Part shown: piece by piece, positions 10,126 through 19,644 of the stretch | How the letters are laid out: each line of letters starts with the position of its first letter | Numbering within the stretch: the stretch's first letter is position 1 | Sequence record: NC_071015.1 | DNA length: 64,000 bases | Reading direction: 5' to 3' (one strand) | Program-made: the position numbers and the translations under genes | The notes under the pieces: generated by a model | Databases searched by the model: none | What the model saw: the letters and a program-made list of their open reading frames with translations, nothing else | What the model was told of the DNA's origin: nothing

Positions 10126-10482
10126 TTGGAGTTACTCATGCCTATCTCTCTTCCCGGAGGCAACGACTATTATTACAGTGATGAGTTCAAAACGATCATA
10201 CGGTCCTGTAAAGATGTTCTAGTTCAAAATGCCCAATTTAGCGAATTTGCTGATAACAGCATCCGTTTTGCGTATCGGTACAACTTTCATAAGTTCTTAC
10301 GAAATCTACGGACGCAACGGTCTGAAACACCAGCAGTTCCAGAGGAGTTGATTTGGACCGTCAGCTACATTAATGGTATTGAAGATCCTACACAAGACTT
10401 CAGCCACCTAACGGGGATCCTCACGGTTAACATGGAGCTGGTTGACATGTTAATTCAGGCTACTCGTACTCGTCGCGAATAA
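10126..10482 (+). CDS. Small counter-oriented protein, possibly T4 gp53/LysM-like baseplate domain
   Basis: LIWTVSYINGIEDP resembles the W-x5-N-x-I-x-DP motif of gp53-like proteins. It is followed by the terminator at 10502-10529. Confidence 0.45.
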   Translation: MELLMPISLPGGNDYYYSDEFKTIIRSCKDVLVQNAQFSEFADNSIRFAYRYNFHKFLRNLRTQRSETPAVPEELIWTVSYINGIEDPTQDFSHLTGILTVNMELVDMLIQATRTRRE

Positions 10483-10501
10483 AAAAAAGAAACCAAGTAA
10501 T

Positions 10502-10529
10502 CTACCCCCTACTATACAGTAGGGGGTAG
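10502..10529. terminator. Bidirectional terminator hairpin
   Basis: CTACCCCCTACT-atac-AGTAGGGGGTAG between convergent genes. Confidence 0.7.
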
Positions 10530-10552
10530 TTATTTACTTTTTACGTTTCTGA

Positions 10553-12058
10553 TTAATAACCGTTCAGGTCGGCATACCCGTTAGTGAGTCCGTTACCCAC
10601 AGAGGTATTGTTCCCACTGTTAACGGTGTTCCAGTTATTCCCACCGTTGTTGTTAGGACCTGCCGGAACCATGCTACCGGTGTACGGATCACGAACAAAC
10701 CCGTTCGGTGTCATTCCACCGCCATTCCCAATCCCAAACATCGGGATACCGGAACCCATCGGCATTTGCTGTTGCATCATGTTCGGCATGAACATGTTGG
10801 CCGGCACCATCATCCCGTTAACACTTACCATCCCCATTTGCTGCTGAGGTTGTTGGAAGTCTTCAGAAATGAAACGACCGTCTTCTGCCAGGCGACGAAC
10901 ACGCACCATACCGTTTGCGTTCAGGAATTTGTATTCGTAAATCCCGTTACTCTGGGAGTACTCACAACCCTGATAGGTTTCACCCGGAAGGGGATCCGGT
11001 GCACGCGGTGCAGAGGAAGGAACCTGACCTGCATTTTGAACTGTTTGGTTGTTACCGGAAGAAGTGTTGATTACTCCTGCTAGCGGATTGTAACTACTGA
11101 TGCGTTGACCACCGCCATTGGAAGCTGGGGTTTCTGGTGCAGACGTCATGTTGTAGTTATTGTAATCCAGCGGTGGAATCAGTTTCTTGATTTCACCAAT
11201 TCCATCCAGTTCTTCCAGCCATTCCAGATCAACCCCATAAATGCCGATAGAATCGAACTCTTTACGGAACTTACCGATCAGGCTGTTCAGGTCAGAAACA
11301 ACCAGCGCGTAAGAATGCAGGTATGCAATCAGTCGAGCTGCATCCGGCGAGGTCGCAGAATAGCGTTTACGGCTCGGATCGATAACGGCCGGGATCGCCA
11401 GCTCAAACAGTGCAATCACAATCTGCAATGCCTGCATGGAAACGTTCGCCCCGTTAAACGTCAGACGGTCACCGTGTTTCATGTGCTCGTTCTGGCTGAC
11501 GGTACGATACAGTTCCGTATAGAACGGGAAGCTTGGCGTAGCCGTGTAATACGCGGTTTCGTCGTTATCTGTTTTTCCACCTTTAATAAGGGAGAAGTTG
11601 ATCAGACGGGTATCGACGTTTTGATCTTCCAGGGTGATGGAAATCATTTTGATGACTTCATGCACTTCCTGACGCACGGCTTTGCTGATGCTTTTGAACG
11701 GCTCAAGCAGCTCCAGCATCTTCCCGTTTAGGGTTTTACCAGACTTCTTCCCTGCCACGTTAACGATCACATCAAAGATCGGCTGGAAGGTGCTGTAAAT
11801 TTTTGCTGCCGTCAGTTTACGGATAACCTTGAAGATTTCCGTTTCTTTCGACATGATGGATTCACAGGCCGGATGGAAGAAGACTTTACCGATCGTTACA
11901 CCGTTCAGGTTTTCAGACGTAGGGAGATAAGTTTGCTTATCATCTACTTTTACCGGCACTTCTACTCCGCCCATATTCAGCATGAGTGCGTAATCCTCGG
12001 TAAAGCTTACACCCCAGGATTTCAGCATCGCTTCATACAGTTTGTTTAATTTGTTCAT
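10553..12058 (-). CDS. Core Chimalliviridae protein (phiKZ gp70 position) with a Q/M/G/N-rich disordered C-terminus
   Basis: Lies between the PicA candidate and the nvRNAP beta gene; low-complexity tail visible in the translation. Confidence 0.65.
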   Translation of the reverse strand: MNKLNKLYEAMLKSWGVSFTEDYALMLNMGGVEVPVKVDDKQTYLPTSENLNGVTIGKVFFHPACESIMSKETEIFKVIRKLTAAKIYSTFQPIFDVIVNVAGKKSGKTLNGKMLELLEPFKSISKAVRQEVHEVIKMISITLEDQNVDTRLINFSLIKGGKTDNDETAYYTATPSFPFYTELYRTVSQNEHMKHGDRLTFNGANVSMQALQIVIALFELAIPAVIDPSRKRYSATSPDAARLIAYLHSYALVVSDLNSLIGKFRKEFDSIGIYGVDLEWLEELDGIGEIKKLIPPLDYNNYNMTSAPETPASNGGGQRISSYNPLAGVINTSSGNNQTVQNAGQVPSSAPRAPDPLPGETYQGCEYSQSNGIYEYKFLNANGMVRVRRLAEDGRFISEDFQQPQQQMGMVSVNGMMVPANMFMPNMMQQQMPMGSGIPMFGIGNGGGMTPNGFVRDPYTGSMVPAGPNNNGGNNWNTVNSGNNTSVGNGLTNGYADLNGY

Positions 12059-13602
12059 AATTTAAAATATGCCTCGAGATTAGAGAAGAAGTTTGAACCA
12101 GCCTGTTGAGCGGTCATGCTGTCACCGAGAACGGTGGCGGTAGTGTTTACCGCGAAGGTTGGGAAGACGCGGCTGATCATACCCGCCGGAACACCAGTGT
12201 CTTCGATGTTGAACCCACAACCTTGATTACTTTCGTCCACCACCATGACGTTCACAATGCAGTTACCGAACAGTTCTGCCGTTACATCAAAACGAATCGG
12301 CGTCATTTGGTTAAGACGCAGTCCGTTGATTTTGGCAAAGATCTGGTTACGCAAGTCGTTAATAAAGCCATCGAGTTTGCTCGGTAACATGAAGTCGTCT
12401 TGTTCCAGCGACATCGGGTTATACGGCAGAATCGTGATATTATCCAGAGGACCGTCACCTCCAAAACTGTCACAGTTAGAACCACGGAAGGAAATTTCAG
12501 ATAACCCATACTTCATCATCAGATCAAGAATGTTGGCTTCGATTTCGTGAGCCATGAATTCCTGATAAGAACTGCCACCGAACCCTTCAGTATCCAGGGT
12601 GAAGTCATTAACCTGATACTGCGTTGCATCCATCAGAACCAGGTCGAGCACTTCATTGAGGTTTTCAAATGCCATCAGCAAATCAGAAACCATATAGCCT
12701 GTGAAGCCACGGTTGCTGGATCTGCCCATGATGGACATCATTTCGGCGAAGAAGTTGTCACGTAACAACTGCGGTTCGGTATTGCCAGCCTGATAGCTTA
12801 CCCCACTCAGCGCGTCAAACATGTTGTCGCTATGGCCTTCGGTGTACCCAACGTCCATGGTGCCGTTACCGATCAGGTTATTACGCTGATAGTTGGTACT
12901 GGCTTTTAACAGGTCTTCAGCGTATTTAGACGGGTTCATGTTCTGGCGTTTGGATGCAATTACCCCAACGCGAGAAATGTCTGTTCCGGCAACGGTAGTT
13001 TGCGGGACCATACCCGGAAGACCTTCATCTTCCATACGCTCCAGAATGTCACCTTGTGCAGCTTGTTCCATGGTGTAATCAATAACGTCATTTGGGCGTA
13101 ACGAAATCAAACTGGTGTTTGTGTTACCGCCGTCATTAAACAGATAATCAGTACGGTTACCGATATTGCGTTTAATGTTGGTTGGGTTATTGATGTCCAT
13201 CGAACTGGTGATGGTTTCTTGCGTTTTCCAGGACATTGTCGGGTGGAACATTGCCCCCAGGCTTAGTCCGCTCATTCCTTCGTTGTTGCTGACGTAGCCA
13301 ACGACATTCATGTATTCAACCATAACCGGACTGTCTTGAGTTACAAAGGTCATGATCATGATACCGCGAGACGTATTCCAACCGTCTTTGATTTCGGCGA
13401 AGGCGTTGGCCTGAGCATTCAGACCACCGGAGTACACTGCTGCACGTTGAATGGTGGATTGACTTACCCCACCGGCATAGTTTTCACTAACCAGCTCATC
13501 GATGAGCTGACTATCGAGATCCATCACTGGGTTACGCACAACCTGATTTTGATAGTAGTTGGTTAAACCTGCACGTGCACTTACCAGACGAATGCCACTC
13601 AT
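12055..13602 (-). CDS. picA: Probable phage-nucleus protein import factor PicA/Imp1 (phiKZ gp69-like)
   Basis: 515 aa, directly downstream of the gp68-like gene in the conserved order chmC, gp68-like, picA, gp70-like, beta. Synteny-based call. Confidence 0.6.
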   Translation of the reverse strand: MSGIRLVSARAGLTNYYQNQVVRNPVMDLDSQLIDELVSENYAGGVSQSTIQRAAVYSGGLNAQANAFAEIKDGWNTSRGIMIMTFVTQDSPVMVEYMNVVGYVSNNEGMSGLSLGAMFHPTMSWKTQETITSSMDINNPTNIKRNIGNRTDYLFNDGGNTNTSLISLRPNDVIDYTMEQAAQGDILERMEDEGLPGMVPQTTVAGTDISRVGVIASKRQNMNPSKYAEDLLKASTNYQRNNLIGNGTMDVGYTEGHSDNMFDALSGVSYQAGNTEPQLLRDNFFAEMMSIMGRSSNRGFTGYMVSDLLMAFENLNEVLDLVLMDATQYQVNDFTLDTEGFGGSSYQEFMAHEIEANILDLMMKYGLSEISFRGSNCDSFGGDGPLDNITILPYNPMSLEQDDFMLPSKLDGFINDLRNQIFAKINGLRLNQMTPIRFDVTAELFGNCIVNVMVVDESNQGCGFNIEDTGVPAGMISRVFPTFAVNTTATVLGDSMTAQQAGSNFFSNLEAYFKL

Positions 13603-13604
13603 TG

Positions 13605-15257
13605 TTACTCTACCTCTAAAGTGTTTGATAATTTAATAAGGTCCAGGAGTTCCCGTTTGATTTCTGGGACCAGGTCTACCTGATACATCTGACCTGAGCT
13701 CATCAATGAAACAAACTTCTCATTCCCCAGCAGGCCCGGTTCGATGGTTGAATCCCATCCCGACGTGCTGAGTTCATCCAGGAAATCTGATACCGCTTTG
13801 ACCAAAATGTTTTCTGTACTGGACGTGGATTGCCCAATATAGATGTCACACATTTCTGCCAAGGCCTCACGGTCTTTGGTTGACAGTTTAAAATCGTCAT
13901 CCAGGAACATAGGAGGATAACTTGGATTACGAACAATCGAACACAGTTGTGCCAGATGTTCAAACCCGAGTTCGTATAACTTCACCTGAGCCAAACAGAT
14001 CGCCGCCATCAGCTGATCGTAGTTTAACGCCGGGTACAGGTTATAGTTGATGTCTCCCTTAAATACAAGCTGTAGTAGCTTTATATGTATCAAGGTTAAC
14101 CGGAAATTCCAGATACGCGGAAGTGTGTTAAACAGTCTTTCCGCAAGTTGTTGATCTCGAATCCCTAACCCTAAACACTGGTCATGGAAGAAATCTTTCG
14201 ACTTACGAACAAACTCGGTTTTTGGATCTCCGAATTCATCGACGCCGTCAACTTCGATATATAAGGAATACGTAAAATATTCCGCCTGCGCGATTTCATC
14301 AGTTCCGTTAACCGCCTGGGCGATACGGTAGCTTTCTGGAATCGATTGGTCATCAGAACCTGGCTTAGGGTCATTAAAGGTTTTGAACTTCACCTCTGAC
14401 CCGCCTCGAATCTCCCCTTCCACCAGTGAGTTCAATTCTTTCGAAAGGTTCTTGCCGCTGACCTTGCTTGGCAAAAATGTCAGACACAGTTTATTGAACA
14501 ATCCCTTATACACGATGTAATCAATGTACTTGGTTTCACTCAACACCGCGATGCTGTTTCGCCGACCTTCTTGACGCAGGCACGATGCTCGAACATAGGT
14601 ATCGAGAATCTTCCAGCCTTCCATGTCAGTCAACGCCTTGATACGAGAAATCAAGTGCTCACCGGCAATGGCATCTTTAAAGTCTTTCCCCGCCACATTT
14701 GTCACGTGATCCAACAGCTGGTTGACAATGGGGAAGGAAGCTTGTGCAGCAAACGCGAACTTGACCAGCTCGCCATACTTGCGATTATCGATGGTTGTTT
14801 CTTCTGGGTAATCCCCCAGCTGAGACATGGCCATCAGATCTTTCGGCGCTTCGGTACGTCCAGTGACGGTGGCACCATACGCAATATCGCTTGGCGGGAT
14901 GATCCGGTAAATTTCATTGATTACCTTTTCAAGCCGGCTGGTCAGGAACTTGTAGTCCTGGTTGTTTTTGCGGTACTCTTGCAATTCTTCTGAATCAGGT
15001 TCGTCAAAATACCCCGGTTCTAAAATGCGCTTACCCGCTTTCAGCTGTTCCCACAATTGATCAAGTTGGGTGTCGGAACAACCTTGAAAGAATTCATTCA
15101 GGTATTCAAACAGTTCCTGGTTGGCGTCCCCGCCATTAACCTTTTGTACGCCACGAAAGATAATCTCTTCATTATTGTGTTTAATCACAATAGCGTCGAT
15201 GTTTTTCTTTCCGGACATTCGAGTATCATAACGCATTATTAAAATCCTCTTCGCCAT
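13605..15257 (-). CDS. Probable nvRNAP promoter-specificity (sigma-like) subunit, phiKZ gp68-like
   Basis: 550-aa helical protein at the conserved position. Synteny-based call. Confidence 0.65.
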   Translation of the reverse strand: MAKRILIMRYDTRMSGKKNIDAIVIKHNNEEIIFRGVQKVNGGDANQELFEYLNEFFQGCSDTQLDQLWEQLKAGKRILEPGYFDEPDSEELQEYRKNNQDYKFLTSRLEKVINEIYRIIPPSDIAYGATVTGRTEAPKDLMAMSQLGDYPEETTIDNRKYGELVKFAFAAQASFPIVNQLLDHVTNVAGKDFKDAIAGEHLISRIKALTDMEGWKILDTYVRASCLRQEGRRNSIAVLSETKYIDYIVYKGLFNKLCLTFLPSKVSGKNLSKELNSLVEGEIRGGSEVKFKTFNDPKPGSDDQSIPESYRIAQAVNGTDEIAQAEYFTYSLYIEVDGVDEFGDPKTEFVRKSKDFFHDQCLGLGIRDQQLAERLFNTLPRIWNFRLTLIHIKLLQLVFKGDINYNLYPALNYDQLMAAICLAQVKLYELGFEHLAQLCSIVRNPSYPPMFLDDDFKLSTKDREALAEMCDIYIGQSTSSTENILVKAVSDFLDELSTSGWDSTIEPGLLGNEKFVSLMSSGQMYQVDLVPEIKRELLDLIKLSNTLEVE

Positions 15258-15304
15258 TACATATCAATAATATTCTTCTGAAAATATTTAGCGAAAGCAA
15301 AAAA

Positions 15305-15330
15305 CCTAGAGAGGGAATTCCCTCTCTAGG
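15305..15330 (-). terminator. Intrinsic terminator after the chmC-like gene
   Basis: CCTAGAGAGGG-aatt-CCCTCTCTAGG with a T-tract on the minus strand. Confidence 0.7.
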
Positions 15331-15349
15331 CTGGGTAGAAGAATACTAT

Positions 15350-16138
15350 TTAGAAGTCGATATCATCGAAATCATCGGCCGGAGCAGAGCGCTGTTGCTG
15401 ACCACCGCCGTTGCCACCACCATTGTTACTACCGCCACCGCTATTATTGTTATTCCAATTGCCGCGATTACCGCCGCCATTGTTATTGTTGCCGCCGCCC
15501 CAGCTGTTACCGCCACCGTTCCCACGGTTGCCACCGCCGTTGTTCTCTTTCTTCTCACGTGGTTTGTACGCATCCCACTCAGCCTGATCCAGGAACTTAC
15601 GAGAGAAGTCGATGAACGCTTTGGCGTAGACACGTGACATCAGACCACGGTCTTCGTACGGTTCGCCACCGTTGGATACCAGGATCGTGGACTCGTACGG
15701 AGAAGTGAACGGGAACATCACTTTGTACGTTCCTTTACTGTAGCCCACTGCAATGCGGCCATCTGCGTCACGGATTACGGTGAACGTACCCAGAGTAGAC
15801 GGATGATCGTTCAAGCGACCACCAGAACCGAAGGTGACTTTCTTCACGTGGTACTGTGCTTTGGTGAAGTTCGTATCACGGATCGCGTTTTCCATCAGTT
15901 CGAACAGGGCGTTACGGTCGAACACGGAAAGTTCCACTTCTTTGGACTTCGCGTTCTTGTCGTCCTGGCCGTAGTGACCGTCGTTTACTTTGAAGTAGAT
16001 TGCGCCATTCAGACCGATATCCCAGAACCAGGTTGCCGGGTATTTAGCACCGTCTACCGGTTTGTCCGATTTCGGCATCGGGTAGCGGAAGTCGTTCAGG
16101 ATGGTCTGCGGGCGACGCTGAAAGGTTTTCTGTTCCAT
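15350..16138 (-). CDS. chmC: Probable ChmC-like single-stranded nucleic-acid-binding protein
   Basis: Beta-rich N-domain, G/N-rich linker and acidic tip DDFDDIDF; immediately upstream of the gp68-like gene. Confidence 0.6.
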   Translation of the reverse strand: MEQKTFQRRPQTILNDFRYPMPKSDKPVDGAKYPATWFWDIGLNGAIYFKVNDGHYGQDDKNAKSKEVELSVFDRNALFELMENAIRDTNFTKAQYHVKKVTFGSGGRLNDHPSTLGTFTVIRDADGRIAVGYSKGTYKVMFPFTSPYESTILVSNGGEPYEDRGLMSRVYAKAFIDFSRKFLDQAEWDAYKPREKKENNGGGNRGNGGGNSWGGGNNNNGGGNRGNWNNNNSGGGSNNGGGNGGGQQQRSAPADDFDDIDF

Positions 16139-16151
16139 TATAAATTCTCTC

Positions 16152-16991
16152 TTAAATCATTTTCAAAAGGATGTCTTTCTCTGGACTGTTGTTCAGAGAG
16201 CGAATTGAGCGAGCAACCTGACCAGGTGGGGAGGCAGTGCTCCACCGTGCTGCTTCAGCCAGTTGTTTAATTTCGTTCTTTACGGCAATTGAGTGAGCGT
16301 AGAAATTGGTGGAGTTATCTCCAAAAATCTGAATGGTCAACTTACTCAACGGAATATTGGTTAACTTATCTGAACCCGTTAGCTTAGTATAGAACAATGT
16401 GTAATTCTTTATTGTTCCGGTGTGGGACTCCAGCAGGTTAAGACGGGAGTATGATTCACTGGTGACTAAATCCACCGCGTGGTGTGTGATAATCAATGCC
16501 TGCCCTGCAAAAGGAGGAATGGTTGAATCGACCTTAATGATGCCTTTGTCAAACTCAACCAACAGTTTATCCAGCACGTTCTTTTCTAACGTGTGAATCG
16601 CTTTCTGTTTTTCCGTTCCTTCTCTTTCCACATTCTTAAGCTTAGCCAAAGGAAACAACCTGGGGAGCCCTCTATACGAAGGGTAATAGAGTTTTAACTC
16701 CAGGTCGGTCTTTAGTTTCATCGAGACAATGAACTCAGCAAGCCCAACAATATCCTCTTTACATGCCTGAAATAACTCATTGACCGTGGGAGTGTATTGA
16801 TCGTAAGCTTGCCGTGCATTGCGCACAATGGTTCGTAAGTTTATTAATAAGGAATGGTATCGCTTCATGTCTGTGCCGGGCAACACCTCAAACGCCAATG
16901 CTGTCCCGACACTAATGGGTACCGTTCCTTTGGTTCTTTCATTCATGACCCATAGCCTCAGAAAGAATCTCATCCAACAACGCACGATCAA
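16152..16991 (-). CDS. Core protein, possibly a FEN/PIN-like 5'-3' nuclease fold
   Basis: LLINLRTIVRN resembles the FEN N-motif and IFGDNSTNF resembles the H3TH GD motif. Weak. Confidence 0.45.
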   Translation of the reverse strand: MIVRCWMRFFLRLWVMNERTKGTVPISVGTALAFEVLPGTDMKRYHSLLINLRTIVRNARQAYDQYTPTVNELFQACKEDIVGLAEFIVSMKLKTDLELKLYYPSYRGLPRLFPLAKLKNVEREGTEKQKAIHTLEKNVLDKLLVEFDKGIIKVDSTIPPFAGQALIITHHAVDLVTSESYSRLNLLESHTGTIKNYTLFYTKLTGSDKLTNIPLSKLTIQIFGDNSTNFYAHSIAVKNEIKQLAEAARWSTASPPGQVARSIRSLNNSPEKDILLKMI

Positions 16992-18096
16992 TATCGTCGT
17001 TTTGTTGCAGAGTCGACTCCATAAAGTTGAACAAACTATCCTTGAGATTGGTACGGGTCAAGGCCACACCTTTATACATCTCCGGCGTGTACAGGGTGTC
17101 ATCAATCTCAATGTTGTCTTCTTTGGCGTTATCTAAATCGAAGAAATAGTTCGGGAACTGTTCCTTGTATTCATTAATTAACGAATCGGTGACTGAACTT
17201 AACCCACCCACCAAACGAATGTGTGTATTCTTCGGCGGATTCTTTTTAAGGTAGTTGTTCAGTTCAGTTCGGACCTGCTTGCTGTCCATTTCTCTATTGA
17301 TAAGAATTTTGTCATAAATCAGCGCATTCTTATTTTCCCAAAACTCGGCTTTAAACTCATCCTTGTTAAACCAGAAGCGATACGCTCCTTTCGGGTGCAT
17401 CTCGCCAAACGCGGTTCGGTCAAAAGACCCACCACAGATAATTTTATCTTTGTTTGAAGGCTTGTGAATATGTCCACTGAAAATGGCGTGCTTGGCTAAC
17501 GCATTCCATTTCACGGAATCATACAAACTGCCTTTCTTGTTTGCAATCGGAGGAAGCTGGTAATCAAATCCCCCGTGCAAGAAAATGAAATCCACCTGGG
17601 TTAGATTCCATTCAGCCAGCAACTTTAACGCTTGATCATAAATGATTTCAGTCGACGTATGACCAAAGTTGTCAGGCACATACATGACATGAATGTCAAG
17701 ATCAGGAATGTGTTCGATGCTGAGGGTATTGATGTACTTGATATACTGAGACTCTTTCGGTTTCAATATGTCAAACATCTCAGGCTGTCCCCAGTCATGG
17801 GAAGACGTCCCTTCCAGAACACGAACATGCACTTTTTTATCATGACAGATTTGCAGATGCTTTTTAATCCACCGTTGACAGATTAAAATGTTCGGATCAT
17901 TGGCCTGTGCTAAGTCATGAAAGAAATCCCCACCGTAGACACTGAAGTCAATCTCGTCAAGATTGTTTTCCTTATAATAGAAGGTATCCATATTCCCCAG
18001 GATATGACGAGTCGGTGTATGTGGGTGCAGTGTGTGATGGTCGGTTGAAAATAAAGCATTAAACAATTTATCGGTTTTCATTCTGTTCCTCTGCAC
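16939..18096 (-). CDS. Mre11/SbcD-like metallophosphoesterase nuclease
   Basis: D-x-H (TDHH), GDFFHD, GTSSHD, LHGGF and SGHIH calcineurin-like motifs. Confidence 0.88.
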   Translation of the reverse strand: MQRNRMKTDKLFNALFSTDHHTLHPHTPTRHILGNMDTFYYKENNLDEIDFSVYGGDFFHDLAQANDPNILICQRWIKKHLQICHDKKVHVRVLEGTSSHDWGQPEMFDILKPKESQYIKYINTLSIEHIPDLDIHVMYVPDNFGHTSTEIIYDQALKLLAEWNLTQVDFIFLHGGFDYQLPPIANKKGSLYDSVKWNALAKHAIFSGHIHKPSNKDKIICGGSFDRTAFGEMHPKGAYRFWFNKDEFKAEFWENKNALIYDKILINREMDSKQVRTELNNYLKKNPPKNTHIRLVGGLSSVTDSLINEYKEQFPNYFFDLDNAKEDNIEIDDTLYTPEMYKGVALTRTNLKDSLFNFMESTLQQNDDIDRALLDEILSEAMGHE

Positions 18097-18107
18097 CCAC
18101 CGTTTCG

Positions 18108-18896
18108 TTATTCGCTAAACGGATCGAATTTCTCTTCTTGTGCGGGTTGTGAATTATTGGTTTCTACTTTATTCACAGTGCCGTTAAATTCAAATTGATT
18201 GTCCGTGATCTCATTGATCAAAGCAATCTCCTCTTTGGTGATCAGCTCGTTGCGCGCATTCTTATACAGAATAGCTTCAACTTGTTTAAGCAGATCTCCG
18301 TCCGGTTGAATCGGCTGACCTTTATACGTATAGGTATCACGAATATAGATCACCTGCTTCACAACCGTTGGATCGATACCTTTGGAGAGATAGTACTCGT
18401 AAGGAACCAATGCGGTCAGGGTATCGTAATCCGGGTTCTGTTGAGCAACCCCGCTCAGAATACTTGACAGAGAAGTCATGATCTGATCCACTTCATCCTT
18501 ATTAGGGATGTTTGCCGCATGTGACGCCGTGCGGGTGTACTGATCAAAGATGGCCTGCTGATTCGCGTTCAGGTCCATGTCGATGAACTTACGGATCAAC
18601 ACCACCGGCTGCTGATCGTCGTTCAGAATGATCACGCCTTTGGTGTAGCCATCAGTCAGTTTGTTCCACGCTTCCTGGTTAAAGTAGTTACGCCCACTGA
18701 CATTGCCAATGGCAAACTGTACCAACCAGTGTTCCACGAAATACTGTTCATCCATCAGAACGTATTCAATAAACTCGCCGTCCTGGGTTTGGATCACCGT
18801 TTTACCGTTGATCTCTACACTTCTGATACTCCCCAGCAGATCAACCAGCTTGCTGTGTTTGGAAACATCAATACCTTCAAATACATTAGCGGACAT
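18108..18896 (-). CDS. Hypothetical protein in the core block
   Basis: 262-aa ORF in the operon. Confidence 0.7.
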   Translation of the reverse strand: MSANVFEGIDVSKHSKLVDLLGSIRSVEINGKTVIQTQDGEFIEYVLMDEQYFVEHWLVQFAIGNVSGRNYFNQEAWNKLTDGYTKGVIILNDDQQPVVLIRKFIDMDLNANQQAIFDQYTRTASHAANIPNKDEVDQIMTSLSSILSGVAQQNPDYDTLTALVPYEYYLSKGIDPTVVKQVIYIRDTYTYKGQPIQPDGDLLKQVEAILYKNARNELITKEEIALINEITDNQFEFNGTVNKVETNNSQPAQEEKFDPFSE

Positions 18897-19329
18897 TGTT
18901 TAGCGCCCTTCCTTCATCAACTAACTTGTATGTTTCGCCGTTGATCAATACCGACTTAGCCAGATCGTAAGTCTTCCCATCTTGGGCAACGACACCTGAA
19001 AGCCGAAGAGTGAACATTTTATCGCCCTCTTTTTCCCGGCTCGATTTTGCTTCAACAGAAGCACTATCAAAAATTTGCAATAAATACTCGGTCAGGTTTT
19101 TCTTTATGTCTTCCAGGAACCGTTCTTCGCTTCCTTTGTCATCCTGATGTTTCGCCATCACATATTGATAGCTGTGAATATTTCGCAGTACGATACATTG
19201 ATCAATTCGGTTGGCGAACCAATACGCCATCGCTCGATCAATCTTAACAGACGGTTCGGTAATAAACCCTACTGTGTCCATTGTTGCAACAACACCTTTT
19301 GCCATCTTAGTATTCTCCAATAGAGACAA
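18886..19329 (-). CDS. Hypothetical protein in the core block
   Basis: 147-aa ORF with RBS GGAG. Confidence 0.7.
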   Translation of the reverse strand: MSLLENTKMAKGVVATMDTVGFITEPSVKIDRAMAYWFANRIDQCIVLRNIHSYQYVMAKHQDDKGSEERFLEDIKKNLTEYLLQIFDSASVEAKSSREKEGDKMFTLRLSGVVAQDGKTYDLAKSVLINGETYKLVDEGRALNNVR

Positions 19330-19362
19330 TCAAAAGATAAAAAAAAAATAAAGATAAGTGAA

Positions 19363-19389
19363 CAGGATCTCCCGTAATGGGAGATCCTG
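19363..19389 (-). terminator. Intrinsic terminator
   Basis: CAGGATCTCCC-gtaat-GGGAGATCCTG with T-rich sequence following on the minus strand. Confidence 0.7.
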
Positions 19390-19399
19390 CACATGGTTG

Positions 19400-19555
19400 T
19401 TATCTGTTGCGCGTTGCCATTTGACGGTTTGCATTGCGGTAACGGATGATCTGGTCTCTGATGCCATAATAAAACGCACCACCAAATACCAGGGCACCAA
19501 CACCCGTAAGAAATGCAGAAACAATAGCTACGCCAGTTGAATCGAATAAGTGCAT
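19400..19555 (-). CDS. Small single-pass membrane protein (51 aa), absent from the ORF track
   Basis: Manual translation MHLFDSTGVAIVSAFLTGVGALVFGGAFYYGIRDQIIRYRNANRQMATRNR*; RBS GGGGT; hydrophobic helix followed by a basic tail. Confidence 0.65.
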   Translation of the reverse strand: MHLFDSTGVAIVSAFLTGVGALVFGGAFYYGIRDQIIRYRNANRQMATRNR

Positions 19556-19644
19556 AAGAACCCCACTATATAAATTAAGTTTTAAACTGTTTAGGTTTAC
19601 TACTTAAATGATATAGGCCTGAAAGAGTATGTAACTAAATGGGA

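Noticed and set aside
15395-15637. Overlapping T/A/V-rich ORFs in alternative frames of the G/N repeat
   Set aside because: Frame-shift artefacts of the GGT/AAC low-complexity coding repeat.
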